A stretch of 64,000 bases of DNA from an uncultured Gemmatimonadaceae bacterium (GCA_963822945.1 CAWGJO010000020.1:160001-224000), one strand, 5' to 3'. Shown: positions 19,479-31,490, counted from the stretch's first letter. Notes: a model not told the origin generated them from the letters alone. Translations and numbers: made by a program.

Positions 19479-20886
19479 ATGGCATCCTTCGACGTCATCT
19501 TCCTCGGCGGCGGCCCCGCCGGTTACGTAGGCGCCATCCGCTGCGCCCAGTTGGGACTCAACACGGCGGTCGTCGAGCGCGAAGGCCTCGGCGGCACCTG
19601 CGTCCTCTGGGGGTGCATCCCGGCCAAGGCCCTCCTCGAGTCGGCCTCGATCTCCAACCGCGTGCGCCTGCACGCCGCGGAGTTCGGCGTCACCGTGGGC
19701 GACGTGAAGCTCGACTACGGCGTGGCCATGAAGCGCTCGCGCGGCGTCAGCAATCAGAACTCCAAAGGGGTCGAGTACCTCTTCAAGAAGCACAAGATCA
19801 CCTACATCAAGGGCACCGGGCGCCTGGCGGGCAAGAACACCGTGGCCGTGAAGACGGCCGACGGCAAGGAGGAGAAGCACCAGGCCGCCAAGGCGGTCGT
19901 GATCTCCACCGGCTCGCGCGTGCGCGGCCTCCCGCAGATCGGGCTCGAGCTGAACAAGACGACGGTGCTGTCGTCCGACGAGGTGCTCGTGCTCGAGAAG
20001 GCGCCGAAGTCGATGATCGTGGTCGGCGCCGGCGCGGTGGGGTGCGAATTCGCCGACGTCTTCAACGCCTTCGGCACCAAGGTCACCATCGTCGAGGTCC
20101 TGCCCCGCATCCTCCCCGTGGAGGACGCCGAGGCCAGCGCCGAGGTCGCCCGCGCGTTCAAGAAGCGCGGCATCGACGTGCTCACCGGCGCCAAGATCTC
20201 GAACGTGAAGGTCGGCAAGAACTCCGTGACGATGACCGTGGACGTCGGCGGCAAGAAGGAGCAGCTCGACGGCCGACAAGGTGCTGGTGGCCGCGGGCCG
20301 GGCGCCGAACGTCGAGGGCATCGGCCTCAAGGAAGCCGGCGTCCAGCTCAACGAGCGCGGCTTCATCAAGATCAACGAGCGAATGGAGACCACCGCCAAG
20401 GGCATCTTCGCCATCGGCGACGTGGCCGGTCCCCCGATGCTCGCCCACAAGGGGTCGCGCGAGGGCGTGGTGTTCGCCGAGATCATCGCCGGCCACCACA
20501 CGCAGGGGATGAACTACAAGAACATCCCCAACGCCACCTACTGTCACCCGGAAGTCGCGTCCATCGGGCTCACCGAGGAGCAGTGCAAGGAGCAGAAGCT
20601 CGACTACAAGGTGGGCAAGTTCCCCTTCTCCGCCAACGGCCGCGCCCGCACGTCCGGCGAGACCGAGGGCTTCGTGAAGATCATCCGCGACGCCAAGTAC
20701 GGGGAGATCCTCGGCGCCCACATCGTCGGCGCGCATGCCACCGAGCTGATCCACGAACTGGCCGTGGCCCGTGAGAACGAGTTCACGGTGGAGGAAGTGG
20801 ACCTGGCCATCCACGCGCATCCCACGCTTGCCGAGGCGGTCGCGGAAGCGGCCCTCGACTCGATGGGCCGCGTGATCCACATCTGA
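19479..20886 (+). CDS. lpdA: Dihydrolipoamide dehydrogenase, +1 frameshift near 20271 (probable assembly error)
   Basis: GGGPAG, GGTCVLWGCIP, GAGAVGCE, HAHPTLAE split across two frames. Confidence 0.93.
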
Positions 20887-20914
20887 CGCGGCACGTGCCG
20901 CGGGCGGCCGACCC

Positions 20915-21610
20915 ATGACATCCGATTCCCAACTCTGGGTCGTCCGCCTCGGCACCATGTCGTACGCCGAGGCGCTGGAGACGCAGCGCGCCGCCGCCCG
21001 GGCACGCATTGCCGGCGAGATTCCCGAAGACCTGCTGCTGCTCGTCGAGCATCCGCCGGTGGTCACGCTCGGCCGCTCGGCCAAGGACGCGCACCTGCTC
21101 GCGTCTCCCGCGCTGCTCGCGGCGCGCGGCATCGAGCTGTTCGAGGTCGAACGGGGCGGCGACGTCACCTTCCACGGACCCGGCCAGCTGGTGGGCTATC
21201 CCATCGTCGACCTCAAGCGCCACAAGCGCGACCTCCACTGGTACCTGCGGCGGGTCGAGGAAGCGCTGATCGCCGGATTGGCCGGTTACGGCATCGCCGG
21301 CGGACGGAACGAGGGATACACCGGCGTCTGGACCGGGGGACGCAAGATCGCGTCGATTGGCGTGCACGCCCGCGATTGGGTAACCTGGCACGGGTTCGCG
21401 CTCAACGTGTCCACCGACCTCGCGTTCTTCGACCTCATCGTTCCCTGCGGCATTTCCGGAGTCACGATGACGTCGATCGAGCGCGAAACCGGAAGTCCGG
21501 CGCCGATGGAGGGCGTGGAGCGCGCGGTGGCCGATGCATTCGGCCGGGTGTTCGACCTCGCAGTCGAGTCCCGCGGCGTCGAGGTGGTGAGCGCGCTCCG
21601 GTCGGCGTAA
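20915..21610 (+). CDS. lipB: Lipoyl(octanoyl) transferase
   Basis: EHPPVVTLG, RGGDVTFHGPGQ, KIASIG, HGFALN, IVPCG. Confidence 0.96.
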   Translation: MTSDSQLWVVRLGTMSYAEALETQRAAARARIAGEIPEDLLLLVEHPPVVTLGRSAKDAHLLASPALLAARGIELFEVERGGDVTFHGPGQLVGYPIVDLKRHKRDLHWYLRRVEEALIAGLAGYGIAGGRNEGYTGVWTGGRKIASIGVHARDWVTWHGFALNVSTDLAFFDLIVPCGISGVTMTSIERETGSPAPMEGVERAVADAFGRVFDLAVESRGVEVVSALRSA

Positions 21611-21718
21611 CACCCGAGGCGGAACGGCAGTTTCCGGACCATTTGCGGCTCCGCTTAACTTTCGACGTATCGGCCGCCTCTGCGGCCGCACCGCCTCTCT
21701 GCCTCGCCGCCTTCTGCC

Positions 21719-22363
21719 ATGCCCCTCCCTACGCACGACGTCCGAACCCGCGACCAGGCCAGGATTCCGCCCGGCCAGACGCGAACCGACAAGTGGCCCG
21801 TGCTGCACTACGGCAACGTGCCCGCGGTGGACCTCGCCACCTGGCGATTCGAGATCAGCGGCCTGGTCGAGCAGCCCCGGTCGTGGTCGTTCGACGAACT
21901 GCTGGCGCTGCCGCAGGAAGACACGCTCTGCGATATCCACTGCGTCACCCGCTGGAGCCGGCTCGACAACCGGTTCACGGGGGTGCCCGTGCAGACCCTG
22001 CTCCGGATGGTGCAGCCCAAGCCCGACGCCGCCTATGTGTTGATCCACGCCGAGCAGGGATTCACCACGAACCTGCCGCTGGCCGACCTCGACCGGCCGG
22101 GGAACCTGCTCGCCGCCTATCATGACGGAAAGCCGCTGACTCCCGACCACGGGTGGCCCCTGCGGCTGGTGGTGCCGCACCTGTACTTCTGGAAGAGCGC
22201 CAAATGGGTGCGCGGCTTCGAATTCCTGCCCGAGGACGAACCGGGCTTCTGGGAACGCAACGGCTACCACATGCGCGGTGACCCGTGGCAGGAAGAGCGC
22301 TACAGCGGATTCGACGTGCAGCAGTGGATGATCAACAAGTTCCGCAACGCCTCGAAGCGATGA
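21719..22363 (+). CDS. Sulfite-oxidase-family molybdopterin oxidoreductase (YuiH-like, no signal peptide)
   Basis: DIHCVTRWS, HGWPLRLVVP, KSAKW, GFWERNGYH. Confidence 0.88.
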   Translation: MPLPTHDVRTRDQARIPPGQTRTDKWPVLHYGNVPAVDLATWRFEISGLVEQPRSWSFDELLALPQEDTLCDIHCVTRWSRLDNRFTGVPVQTLLRMVQPKPDAAYVLIHAEQGFTTNLPLADLDRPGNLLAAYHDGKPLTPDHGWPLRLVVPHLYFWKSAKWVRGFEFLPEDEPGFWERNGYHMRGDPWQEERYSGFDVQQWMINKFRNASKR

Positions 22364-22392
22364 CCATCCCCCGGCGTCGCTAGCCGAGCGCC

Positions 22393-24546
22393 ATGCCGCG
22401 CATCTACCCGCCCCGCCCCCGCGAGATCGCCCCGTCGACTCGCGACCTGCGCGCCGAGTTGAACGAGGAGCAGTACGCCGGCGCCTCGCACGGCACCGGC
22501 CCGCTGCTCATCATCGCCGGCGCGGGCACGGGAAAGACGCGCACGCTCGTGTACCGGGTGGCCCACCTCATCGACACCGGCGTGGCCCCCGAACGGATTC
22601 TGCTGCTCACCTTCACGCGCCGCGCCGCGGGGGAGATGCTCTCCCGCGCCGAACGGCTGGTGGGCTCCGCCACGGCGCGCGTGAACGGCGGCACGTTCCA
22701 CAGCGTGGGGCACCGCACGCTGCGCCGGTTCGGCGCCGCCGGCGGTCTCCCCTCCGATTTCACGATCATGGACCAGGGGGACGCGGTCGATCTGATGCAG
22801 CTCTCGCGCGCCAACCTGGGGTACGCGCAGAAGTCCAAGCGGTTCCCGAAGAAGGAGACGCTCCACTACATCTACTCCCGGCACATCAACACCGAGCAGG
22901 CCATCGACGAGATCCTCTATCAGGATTTCCCGCGGTTCGTGGACTACGTGGACGACATCACGCGGATCTTCGCGGACTACACCTCCCGCAAGACCGACCG
23001 CAACCTGGTGGACTACGACGACCTCCTGCTCTTCTGGGCGCTGCTGCTCGAACAATCGCCGGAGCTGGCCGGCCGGATCGCCGGCCAGTACGACCACATC
23101 CTCGTCGACGAGTATCAGGACACGAACCTGCTCCAGGCGCGCGTGCTGCGCGGCATGTGCCGCGATCATCAGAACCTGACCGTGGTGGGCGACGACGCGC
23201 AGAGCATCTATTCGTTCCGCGGCGCGAACTTCCGGAACATTCTCGAGTTCCCCAAGCAGTATCCGGGCACGCGGCTCGTGGCGCTGGAGCAGAACTACCG
23301 CTCCACGCAGCCCATCCTCGACGTCACCAATACGCTGATCTCCCGCGCCGAGGAGCGGTTCACCAAGAACCTCTGGACGGCCCGGGAGGGCGGCGAGAAG
23401 CCCTGGCTGGTGACGGCACGCGACGAGCAGCAGCAGACGCGATTCGTCGTCGACCGCGTGCTGGAATTGCACGAGATGGGGACGCCGTTGCGTGAGATCG
23501 CGGTGCTCTTCCGCGCCGGCTACATGAGCGCCGATCTCGAGATCGAGTTGACCAACCGGAAGATCCCGTTCGAGAAATGGGGCGGGCTCAAGTTCCTCGA
23601 GGCGGCGCACGTGAAGGACGTGCTTGCCTTCCTGCGCGTGGCGGACAACCCGCGCGACGAGGTGAGCTGGTACCGGATCTTCATGTTGATGCCGGGCATC
23701 GGCGACGTCACGGCGCGCTCGATGATCGAGAACATGGCCGAGCGGTCGTGGGATCCCGACGCGTTCACCCACTTCGTGCCCCCGCCGCGGGCCCGCGACG
23801 CGCACCAGTCGCTCGCCCGCCTGCTGCGCGTGCTCACCAGGGCCGGCGACGACGCGTCGGGGCTCGGCGAACAGATCGACGCCATCCGCCAGCTCTACGA
23901 CGGGATCCTCCGCGAGCGATACGACCGCCCCGAACCGCGCCTGGCCGACCTCGACCAGCTCCGTACGATCTCGGCGGGCTATCCGAGCCGCGGGGCGTTC
24001 CTGGCGGCGCTGGCGCTCGACCCGCCCTCCAGCACGCAGGACCTGGCCACCGGCTCCTCCGAGTCGGACGACGACGCCCTGATCCTGAGCACGGCGCACT
24101 CGTCCAAGGGCAAGGAGTGGGACGCCGTGTTCGTGATCTGGGCGGTGGACGGCTGGTTCCCGCTGGCCAGGGCCGCCGAGAGCGACGACGAACTCGAGGA
24201 GGAGCGGCGGCTGATGTACGTGGCGATGACGCGCGCCAGGAACCACCTGGCGGTGAGCTATCCGCTCAACGTGTATTCGTCGCGCCGGAGCATGGACTAC
24301 TCCATGGATCAGCTCTCCCGGTTCGTGGACCGGGGCGTGCGCGAGCAGATGGAACGCGTGGTGCTCGGCGAGGACGACAAGCCCGACGCCACGGCGGCGC
24401 CCGCGGTTCCGGAATCGCCCATCGACCTCCGGGCGCTACTGCTCGGCCGGTTCTCTCGTGGGAGCGGCGGTGGCAGCGGCGGCCCCCCGGACGGGAGCGC
24501 CGGCGGCAGCGGATCCGGTGGGGGCGGCGGCGCCTCCTCCGGCTGA
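22393..24546 (+). CDS. UvrD/PcrA-family ATP-dependent DNA helicase
   Basis: AGAGTGKT, LTFTRRAA, VDEYQD, VGDDAQSIY, LEQNYRS, EERRLMYVAMTRA. Confidence 0.93.
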   Translation: MPRIYPPRPREIAPSTRDLRAELNEEQYAGASHGTGPLLIIAGAGTGKTRTLVYRVAHLIDTGVAPERILLLTFTRRAAGEMLSRAERLVGSATARVNGGTFHSVGHRTLRRFGAAGGLPSDFTIMDQGDAVDLMQLSRANLGYAQKSKRFPKKETLHYIYSRHINTEQAIDEILYQDFPRFVDYVDDITRIFADYTSRKTDRNLVDYDDLLLFWALLLEQSPELAGRIAGQYDHILVDEYQDTNLLQARVLRGMCRDHQNLTVVGDDAQSIYSFRGANFRNILEFPKQYPGTRLVALEQNYRSTQPILDVTNTLISRAEERFTKNLWTAREGGEKPWLVTARDEQQQTRFVVDRVLELHEMGTPLREIAVLFRAGYMSADLEIELTNRKIPFEKWGGLKFLEAAHVKDVLAFLRVADNPRDEVSWYRIFMLMPGIGDVTARSMIENMAERSWDPDAFTHFVPPPRARDAHQSLARLLRVLTRAGDDASGLGEQIDAIRQLYDGILRERYDRPEPRLADLDQLRTISAGYPSRGAFLAALALDPPSSTQDLATGSSESDDDALILSTAHSSKGKEWDAVFVIWAVDGWFPLARAAESDDELEEERRLMYVAMTRARNHLAVSYPLNVYSSRRSMDYSMDQLSRFVDRGVREQMERVVLGEDDKPDATAAPAVPESPIDLRALLLGRFSRGSGGGSGGPPDGSAGGSGSGGGGGASSG

Positions 24547-25608
24547 CACCCAGTCGCGCACCGCGCCGAAGGGATCGTCGGGGCGCGACTTGGCGAGCGC
24601 GATGATGCGCGCCACGGCCCGCTTCACGTCGCGGCCCTCGCGCTCGTACACCGCGTCGAAATCGTCGAGATCGGTGGTGTAGATGCGCTGCGCCAGCAGC
24701 GCGGCATTGCTCAGCCGCACGCGGCTGAGGTATCGGGTGTCGACCGTGCGCAGCTGCGGCCCGACGTCGTGGACCAGGATCTGGCGCGCACGCGCATACA
24801 CGGTGTCGTGGGCGGCAATCCGCTCGGCGCGGTCGTCGGGATGGGCGCGGTAGACGGAATCGATCGAGTGGTACACGTCGGTCCAGAACCGGGCCAGAAT
24901 CTTCTCGTCGTTCCAGCGCGCGGCCACGGCGCGCGCGGCCAGTGAATCGCCCCGCGACCGGAAGAAGCGCTCGGCGCCGCGCGCGCCGGAGAAGTTGGCG
25001 AACGACTCGTTGAACACCGCCTGCCCGCTGGCATAGAACGTGTTGTGCGTGAGCTCGTGGAACACCGTATTGGCAAGCTCCAGCGAGTCGTCCTCGAGCG
25101 TGGTGGAGAGCAGCGGATCGTTGAAGAAGCCCAGGGTGCTGAAGGCGGGCGATGGCCGGAGGTAGGCGTCGTAGCCGTCCCCTTCGAGCTGCCGGGCCGC
25201 GGCGCGAGCGGCGTCGAAGTCGAAGTATCCCTTGTACGGCACCCGGCCCACGATCGGGAACCACCAGGTGACCGGTTGCAGCCGGTCGCGGTAGGCACCC
25301 GAGAGCACCAGCACCAGCGTGTCGTGCGGCAGCTGCGAGTAGGTGGTGAAGCTCTGCTTGGCGGCGAGGCCGAGCGAGTCGGCCGCGAACGCCCGGGCCG
25401 CCAGCACGACGCGCAACTTGGCCCGGACGGCCGGCGGCGTGGACGGGTCGGCGATCATGGCGGCGATCGACTGGCGATGCCAGAGGATCTTCCCCTCCTC
25501 CCAGCCGGCGCGGAGGAGATACCGGCCGGTGGGAGCGATGAGGAGATAGCCGGCCACAGCGGCGACGACGAGGAGGACGAGGCGAATGAAGAAGCGGCGG
25601 ACGCGCAT
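24436..25608 (-). CDS. Putative exported zinc aminopeptidase
   Basis: HELTH...FNESFA zincin motif; WWFPIVG.VPYKGYF; AFSTLGFFNDP. Confidence 0.82.
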   Translation of the reverse strand: MRVRRFFIRLVLLVVAAVAGYLLIAPTGRYLLRAGWEEGKILWHRQSIAAMIADPSTPPAVRAKLRVVLAARAFAADSLGLAAKQSFTTYSQLPHDTLVLVLSGAYRDRLQPVTWWFPIVGRVPYKGYFDFDAARAAARQLEGDGYDAYLRPSPAFSTLGFFNDPLLSTTLEDDSLELANTVFHELTHNTFYASGQAVFNESFANFSGARGAERFFRSRGDSLAARAVAARWNDEKILARFWTDVYHSIDSVYRAHPDDRAERIAAHDTVYARARQILVHDVGPQLRTVDTRYLSRVRLSNAALLAQRIYTTDLDDFDAVYEREGRDVKRAVARIIALAKSRPDDPFGAVRDWVSAGGGAAAPTGSAAAGAPVRGAAAATAAPTREPAEQ

Positions 25609-25744
25609 GGAGTAGCGGTGGCAAGTGAAGCGAGCAGGCGGACGACTGCGAGCTCAGGGTGATCGGCGGCCAGTCACCAGACCGCCGTGTAACCGGACGA
25701 CCGTGAACCGTCGACCGATCACTCTGAACTAATAGTTATCCAGT

Positions 25745-25770
25745 TACGCGCCAAGGAGTTACTTGGTTTC
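25745..25770 (-). promoter_or_regulatory. ECF-sigma-type promoter GAAAC-N17-CGTA
   Basis: Minus strand GAAAC caagtaactccttggcg CGTA upstream of the aminopeptidase. Confidence 0.65.
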
Positions 25771-25816
25771 CCGGCGCCTTTGGCGCCCCCTGAGCGCCGG
25801 AGCTATCTTACGCCCA

Positions 25817-28800
25817 ATGTCCTTCGTACACCTCCACTGCCATTCCGAGTACTCCCTGCTCGACGGCGCCAACCGGATCGACGACCTGATCCGGCGGGCC
25901 CAGGAATTCGAGCAGCCGGCCCTCGCGATCACCGACCACGGCAATCTCCACGCCGCCTGGGAATTTCAGGAGAAGGCGAAGAAGGCCGGGGTCAAGCCGA
26001 TCATCGGCATGGAAGCGTACGTCGCCCCGGGTGACCGGCGCGAGCGCAGCCGCGGCCCGAACGGCAAGGCCTATTACCATCTGGTGCTGCTGGCCCGGGA
26101 CCTCGTCGGGTACCGCAACCTGTCCAAGCTCTCGTCTCTGGGGTACACCGAGGGCTTCTACTCGCGCCCCCGCCTCGACCGGGAACTGCTGGCCCGGTAC
26201 AACGAGGGGCTCATCGTGTCGTCGGCCTGCCTGGCCGGAGAGATCGCCAGCCACCTGCAGCACGACGACATGGAGGGCGCCCGCGAAGCCGCCGCCTGGT
26301 ACGCCGAGCTGTTCAAGGACCGCTACTACCTGGAAGTCCAGGCGCACGACTCCGAGGGGCAGGCCCATCTGAACGAGGGCGTGTTCGCGCTGGCGCGGGA
26401 CATGAACCTCCCGGTCATCGCCACCAACGATGCCCACTTCCTGTCGGCCGCCGACCACGACGCGCACGACGTGCTGCTGTGCATCGGCCTGGGCAAGGAC
26501 CGCGAGTCGCGCGACCGCATGCGCTACGACAACGGGCTCTACTTCAAGAGCGGGCCCGAGATCGCCGAGCGCTTTCCGGACCGGCCGGACGTCCTCACCA
26601 ACACACTGGCGATCGCCGACCAGGTGGACGTCACGTTCACCAAGAAGTACCACGTCCCGTCGTTCCCGCTCCCCGACGGGGTGGCGTCGGAAAACGAGCT
26701 GCTGGTGCGGCTCGCGGAGGCCGGCGCCCGCGACCGGTACGGCGACCCGCTGCCCGACGAGGTGAAGGAGCGGCTGGAGTACGAACTCGGCGTGATCACG
26801 AAGACCGGCTACGCCGGCTACTTCCTGATCGTGTACGACTTCATCAAGGCGGCGCGCGACCTCGGCATCCCGGTGGGACCGGGCCGCGGTTCGGCGGCCG
26901 GCTCGCTGGTGGCCTACTCGCTGCGGATCACGGATGTCTGTCCGCTCAAGTACGACCTGCTCTTCGAGCGCTTCCTGAATCCCGAACGTGTGTCGATGCC
27001 CGACATCGACGTGGACTTCTGCTTCGAGCGCCGCGGCGAGGTGATCGAATACGTGCGGCAGAAGTACGGGCGCGAGTCGGTGGGACAGATCGTCACCTTC
27101 GGCACCATGAAATCGCGGGCCGCGATCAAGGACGTGGGGCGCGTGCTGGGGTTCACGCCGGCCGAGACCGACGCGCTGGCCAAGCTGGTGCCCAACCAGC
27201 CGAACTTCTCGCTCACCGTCAAGGAAGCGGTGGAGCAGGTGCCCGAGGTCAAGAAGCTCTACCGGAACGACGAGCGCTACCGGCAGCTGCTCGACTACGC
27301 CAAGGCCCTCGAAGGACTGTCGCGGCATACGGGCGTGCACGCGGCCGGCGTGGTGATCGCCCCGGGCCCGCTGGACGACTACGTGCCGGTGTGCACGCAG
27401 GCGTCCAAGGGGGCGGGCGCCGGGAGCGACGAGGCCGTCGTGGTCACGCAGTACGACATGGGCGCGCTGGAGAAGGCGGGGATGCTCAAGATGGACTTCC
27501 TCGGCCTCACCACGCTGACCGTGATCAAGGACGCGCTGGACGCCATCGAGAGCACCACGGGCACGCGCCCCGACCTCACCACCATCGACGACGCCGACCC
27601 CAAGGTCTACCAGATGCTCCGGGCCGGCCGCACGATCGGGGTGTTCCAGTTCGAGTCGGCGCTGGCCACGGAGCTGCTGCGGGGCATGCGCTGCGACCGG
27701 TTCGACGACCTCGTGGCGTCGAACGCGCTCATGCGCCCCGGCCCACTCGACGCCGGCATGCACCGGGTGTATCAGCGGCGCAAGCGCGGCGAGGAAGCGG
27801 TGACCTACGCCCTCCCCGAGTTGCAGGCCGTGCTGGAGCCGACCTACGGGGTGATCACGTACCAGGAGCAGGTGATGCGAATCGCCCAGCTCCTGGCCGG
27901 CATCTCGCTGGCCGAAGCCGACGTCCTGCGTAAGGCGGTGGGCAAGAAGGACGCGGAGCTGATCAAGAAGGAGCTGGGCAAGTTCGTCGAGAAGGCGGTG
28001 GCCCGCGGGCACGACCGCAAGATCATCGAGGAACTGGCCGGACAGATCGAGACCTTCGGCCGCTACGGCTTCAACAAGTCGCACTCGGTGGCCTACTCGG
28101 TCATCTCGTACCAGACCGCGTGGCTCAAGACGCACCACCCGGCCGAGTTCATGGCCGCCCTGCTGTCGTCGGCCATCGGCGACACCGACAGCGTGGTGAA
28201 GTTCATCAACGAGGCACGCGAGTTGGGCATCGAGGTGCTCCCGCCGGCGGTGAACGAATCGGGCTACAAGTTCACGGTCGTCGGCGAGAAGCGCATCCGG
28301 TTCGGGCTCGGCGCCATCCGCAACGTGGGCCGGGGCGCCATCGACTCGATCCTCGCGGCACGCGCCGAGAAGCCGATTACCGACCTGTACGACCTGTGCG
28401 AGCGCGTCGACCTGCGGCTGTGCAACCGGCGCGTGTTCGAGGCCCTGATCGCGTCGGGCGCGCTCGACGATCTGGGCGGGCACCGGCAGCAGTACCTGGC
28501 GGCGCTCGACATCGCGCTCCAGGAAGCGTCGCTCATGCAGCAGGAACGGACCACGGGCCAGGGCTCGCTGTTCGGCGGCCTCGATGAATCGGCGGCCGCG
28601 GCCCCGCTGCACCAGAATCGGACGCTGCCCAACGTGGCCCCGATGACCGAGTCCGACCGGTTGGCCAAGGAGAAGGAGATCATCGGGTTCTACATCTCGG
28701 GCCACCCCCTGGAGCCTTTCCGGGTGGAGTGCGAGCTGTTCGCCAGCTGCACCGTGGCCGAACTCGGCCGGTGGACCCACGAGGAACAGTCCATCGGCTG

Positions 28801-29311
28801 TGTGGTCACGGCCATCCGCCGCCAGATCAGCAAGAAGACCGGCGCCGAGTTCGCCCGGTTGACAGTGGAGGATTTTTCGGGATCTTCGGAGGTGCTGGTG
28901 TTCCCCGAAGCCTGGGGGTTGATCAGCGACCGGCTGAGAACCGACGTGCCGGTGCTGATCAAGGGCGGGTATTCCCGCCGCGACCAGGAGACGGATCATC
29001 CAACCTTCATCGTGGCGTCGGTGACGCCGTTCGCCGAACTGCGCCTCAACGGGCAGGTGGCGGTGGCGATCGAACTGACGCCGGACGAGATCGTGAGCGC
29101 CGACATCATGCGAGACGTACGCTCCGTAGTCGAGGCGCATTCGACCTCCCACGCCGGCACCCCGCCGCTCGAAGTGCGTTGGAGCGACGGGTCGGGGGCC
29201 AGCGAGCGCTTCCTGTCGCGGTCGCTCCGGCTCACCGCCACGCAGGCCGCGCTCACCGACCTCCGGGCGGTGCTCGGCGCCGACCGCGTGCGCCTCGTGC
29301 GCGGAGGCTGA
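25817..29311 (+). CDS. dnaE: DNA polymerase III alpha subunit
   Basis: PHP domain [23 protein letters not shown], catalytic PDIDVDF, YGFNKSH; no intein. Confidence 0.97.
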   Translation: MSFVHLHCHSEYSLLDGANRIDDLIRRAQEFEQPALAITDHGNLHAAWEFQEKAKKAGVKPIIGMEAYVAPGDRRERSRGPNGKAYYHLVLLARDLVGYRNLSKLSSLGYTEGFYSRPRLDRELLARYNEGLIVSSACLAGEIASHLQHDDMEGAREAAAWYAELFKDRYYLEVQAHDSEGQAHLNEGVFALARDMNLPVIATNDAHFLSAADHDAHDVLLCIGLGKDRESRDRMRYDNGLYFKSGPEIAERFPDRPDVLTNTLAIADQVDVTFTKKYHVPSFPLPDGVASENELLVRLAEAGARDRYGDPLPDEVKERLEYELGVITKTGYAGYFLIVYDFIKAARDLGIPVGPGRGSAAGSLVAYSLRITDVCPLKYDLLFERFLNPERVSMPDIDVDFCFERRGEVIEYVRQKYGRESVGQIVTFGTMKSRAAIKDVGRVLGFTPAETDALAKLVPNQPNFSLTVKEAVEQVPEVKKLYRNDERYRQLLDYAKALEGLSRHTGVHAAGVVIAPGPLDDYVPVCTQASKGAGAGSDEAVVVTQYDMGALEKAGMLKMDFLGLTTLTVIKDALDAIESTTGTRPDLTTIDDADPKVYQMLRAGRTIGVFQFESALATELLRGMRCDRFDDLVASNALMRPGPLDAGMHRVYQRRKRGEEAVTYALPELQAVLEPTYGVITYQEQVMRIAQLLAGISLAEADVLRKAVGKKDAELIKKELGKFVEKAVARGHDRKIIEELAGQIETFGRYGFNKSHSVAYSVISYQTAWLKTHHPAEFMAALLSSAIGDTDSVVKFINEARELGIEVLPPAVNESGYKFTVVGEKRIRFGLGAIRNVGRGAIDSILAARAEKPITDLYDLCERVDLRLCNRRVFEALIASGALDDLGGHRQQYLAALDIALQEASLMQQERTTGQGSLFGGLDESAAAAPLHQNRTLPNVAPMTESDRLAKEKEIIGFYISGHPLEPFRVECELFASCTVAELGRWTHEEQSIGCVVTAIRRQISKKTGAEFARLTVEDFSGSSEVLVFPEAWGLISDRLRTDVPVLIKGGYSRRDQETDHPTFIVASVTPFAELRLNGQVAVAIELTPDEIVSADIMRDVRSVVEAHSTSHAGTPPLEVRWSDGSGASERFLSRSLRLTATQAALTDLRAVLGADRVRLVRGG

Positions 29312-29313
29312 CC

Positions 29314-30279
29314 ATGGCCACCGCATCCCTGGAGTTCGAGAAGCCGCTCGTCGAACTCGAAAAGCAGATCGAGGAACTCAAGCGCCTGGCCGGCGACCGG
29401 CAGTTGGACGTCGCCCGTGAACTGGCCCCGTTGGAGCAGAAGCTCACCGAGTTGCGCGAGGAGATCTATCGCAACCTGACGCCCTGGCAGCGCGTGTTGG
29501 TGGCGCGCAGCAACAAGCGCCCCTTCACGCTCGACTACCTCCGGCTGGCGTTCACCGACTTCGTCGAACTGCACGGCGACCGCCTGTATCGCGAGGATCC
29601 GGCCATCGTCGGCGGCTGGGCGCGACTGGACGGCGACTCGGTGATGGTGATCGGCCACCAGCGCGGCCGCGATACCAAGGAGATCGTCAAGCGCAACTTC
29701 GGCATGCCCCACCCCGAGGGCTACCGCAAGGCCCTGCGCCTCATGAAGCTCGCTGAGAAGTTCCACGTCCCCGTGATCACGTTCATCGACACGATGGGCG
29801 CCTGGGCCGGACTCGGCGCCGAGGAGCGCGGACAGTCGGAGGCCATCGCCCGCAACCTGTTCGAGATGAGCCGGCTCAAGGTGCCCATTCTCGCCACGGT
29901 GATCGGCGAGGGCGGATCGGGGGGAGCCCTGGGTCTGGGAGTGGCCGACCGCGTGATGATGTTGGAGAACTCGGTATATTCCGTGATCTCCGTGGAGGGA
30001 TGCGCGGCCATCTTGTGGAAGGACGGCAAGAGCCCGGAAATGCGGGAGAAGGCCGCCTCGGCGCTCAAGATCACCGCCCCCGACCTGTACGAGCTGCGCA
30101 TCATCGACGAGATCATCCCGGAGCCGCCGGGCGGCGCCCACGCCGACTACGAGACCACCGCCGAGACCCTCAAGGAAGCGCTGCTGCGCAACCTCGACGA
30201 TCTCAGCCGTCTCAAGCCGGACAAGCTGGTGCGCCGCCGGCGCGAGAAATTCACGCGGATGGGTCAGTATCTGGAGTAG
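29314..30279 (+). CDS. accA: Acetyl-CoA carboxylase carboxyltransferase alpha
   Basis: [28 protein letters not shown]. Confidence 0.96.
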   Translation: MATASLEFEKPLVELEKQIEELKRLAGDRQLDVARELAPLEQKLTELREEIYRNLTPWQRVLVARSNKRPFTLDYLRLAFTDFVELHGDRLYREDPAIVGGWARLDGDSVMVIGHQRGRDTKEIVKRNFGMPHPEGYRKALRLMKLAEKFHVPVITFIDTMGAWAGLGAEERGQSEAIARNLFEMSRLKVPILATVIGEGGSGGALGLGVADRVMMLENSVYSVISVEGCAAILWKDGKSPEMREKAASALKITAPDLYELRIIDEIIPEPPGGAHADYETTAETLKEALLRNLDDLSRLKPDKLVRRRREKFTRMGQYLE

Positions 30280-30281
30280 TC

Positions 30282-31490
30282 GTGGCGCACCTCATCGAAG
30301 TCGCGTTCAAGGGCAATCGGAAGGAATTCTTCATCTGGGAACAGGACGAACTGCCGCCGGTCAAGGCGCCGGTGGTCGTCGAAGCCGACCGGGGTGAGGA
30401 CATCGGCCACGTCCACGCCGTGGGCGAACGGGCCGCCAAGCGCAACGCCGGTGCGTCGCACGGCTACGGCGCCGGCCTTCCCGGCAAGCGTGCCCGCCGC
30501 GTGGCCTCCGACGACGAGGTGGCCCGGCTCCGCCAACTCCGCGACCAGGACGAAGAGGCCCGCCGCCGTGCCATGGAGCGGGTCAAGGCCAACGGGCTCG
30601 TGATGAAGGTCTCCGACGCCGAATGGCAGTGGGATCGCAAGAAGCTCACCTTCTACTTCACGGCCGAGAAGCGCGTCGACTTCCGGACCCTGGTGCGCGA
30701 ACTCGCCTCCACCTTCCGCACGCGCATCGAGCTCAAGCAGATCGGCGTCCGCGACGAAGCCAAGCGTCTGGACGGCGTGGGCCGCTGTGGCCGCCAGTAC
30801 TGTTCGGCCTCGTGGCTCCCGGAGCTGCTGCCCGTGAACCTGGGCGTGGCCAAGGACCAGCGGCTCTCGCTCAATCCAACGCAGATCTCCGGCGCCTGCG
30901 GCCGGCTGATGTGCTGTCTGCGCTACGAGCACGAGTTCTACGTGCGGAGCCGCAAGCGATTCCCCAAGGAAGGCCGGCTGCTGACCACCTCGCGCGGCGA
31001 GGAGAAGGTGCTGGCCAACGACATCTTTCGCGAGCGGGTGACGCTGCGAGGGCCGGACGGCGAGGCCCGCGTGGTGCCGCTGGCAGAGTTGCGTGAAGAA
31101 GTGGCCCAGACCGAGCCTGACGCCGCGTGGCTCCGCGCCGGCCAGTCCGGCGGGACCGGCGGATCCGAGCGGTCCGCCGGCACGGCGCCGGCCAACCACC
31201 GGGCGCCACGAGAGCCCCGGGCCGACGCGCCGCCGGTCGCGGCTTCGGCCCCTGCCGCGGCGCCCGCTCCGGCCCCGCCGGTGGCCGACAAGGGTACGCC
31301 GGCCGCGGAGAACGCCGCCGGAGAAGGAACGCATCGTCCGCATCGCCGCCGCGGTCGCCGGGGCGGCCGCCGCAACCGCGGCGGATCGCGTCCCAACCAC
31401 GGACGCCCCGATGGCAAGGGATCGGACGACTCCGGCGCCGGCGGCGCGCCACCCGATGCCCCGCCCGCGCCGCCCACCAACGGAGCCTGA
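30282..31490 (+). CDS. ricT: PSP1/RicT (YaaT) family Fe-S protein with a disordered Arg-rich tail
   Basis: FYFTAEKRVDFR, RIELKQIGVRDEA, CGRQYC, CGRLMCCLRYE. Confidence 0.88.
   Translation: MAHLIEVAFKGNRKEFFIWEQDELPPVKAPVVVEADRGEDIGHVHAVGERAAKRNAGASHGYGAGLPGKRARRVASDDEVARLRQLRDQDEEARRRAMERVKANGLVMKVSDAEWQWDRKKLTFYFTAEKRVDFRTLVRELASTFRTRIELKQIGVRDEAKRLDGVGRCGRQYCSASWLPELLPVNLGVAKDQRLSLNPTQISGACGRLMCCLRYEHEFYVRSRKRFPKEGRLLTTSRGEEKVLANDIFRERVTLRGPDGEARVVPLAELREEVAQTEPDAAWLRAGQSGGTGGSERSAGTAPANHRAPREPRADAPPVAASAPAAAPAPAPPVADKGTPAAENAAGEGTHRPHRRRGRRGGRRNRGGSRPNHGRPDGKGSDDSGAGGAPPDAPPAPPTNGA

Noticed and set aside
16152..20886. Pseudogenisation or programmed frameshifting of pdhB and lpdA
   Set aside because: Single extra bases, no slippery heptamer, no other decay; same pattern in three unrelated genes
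25808..29326. 1172-aa antisense ORF and many similar long shadow ORFs
   Set aside because: Mirror frames of real genes in high-GC DNA; no recognisable motifs
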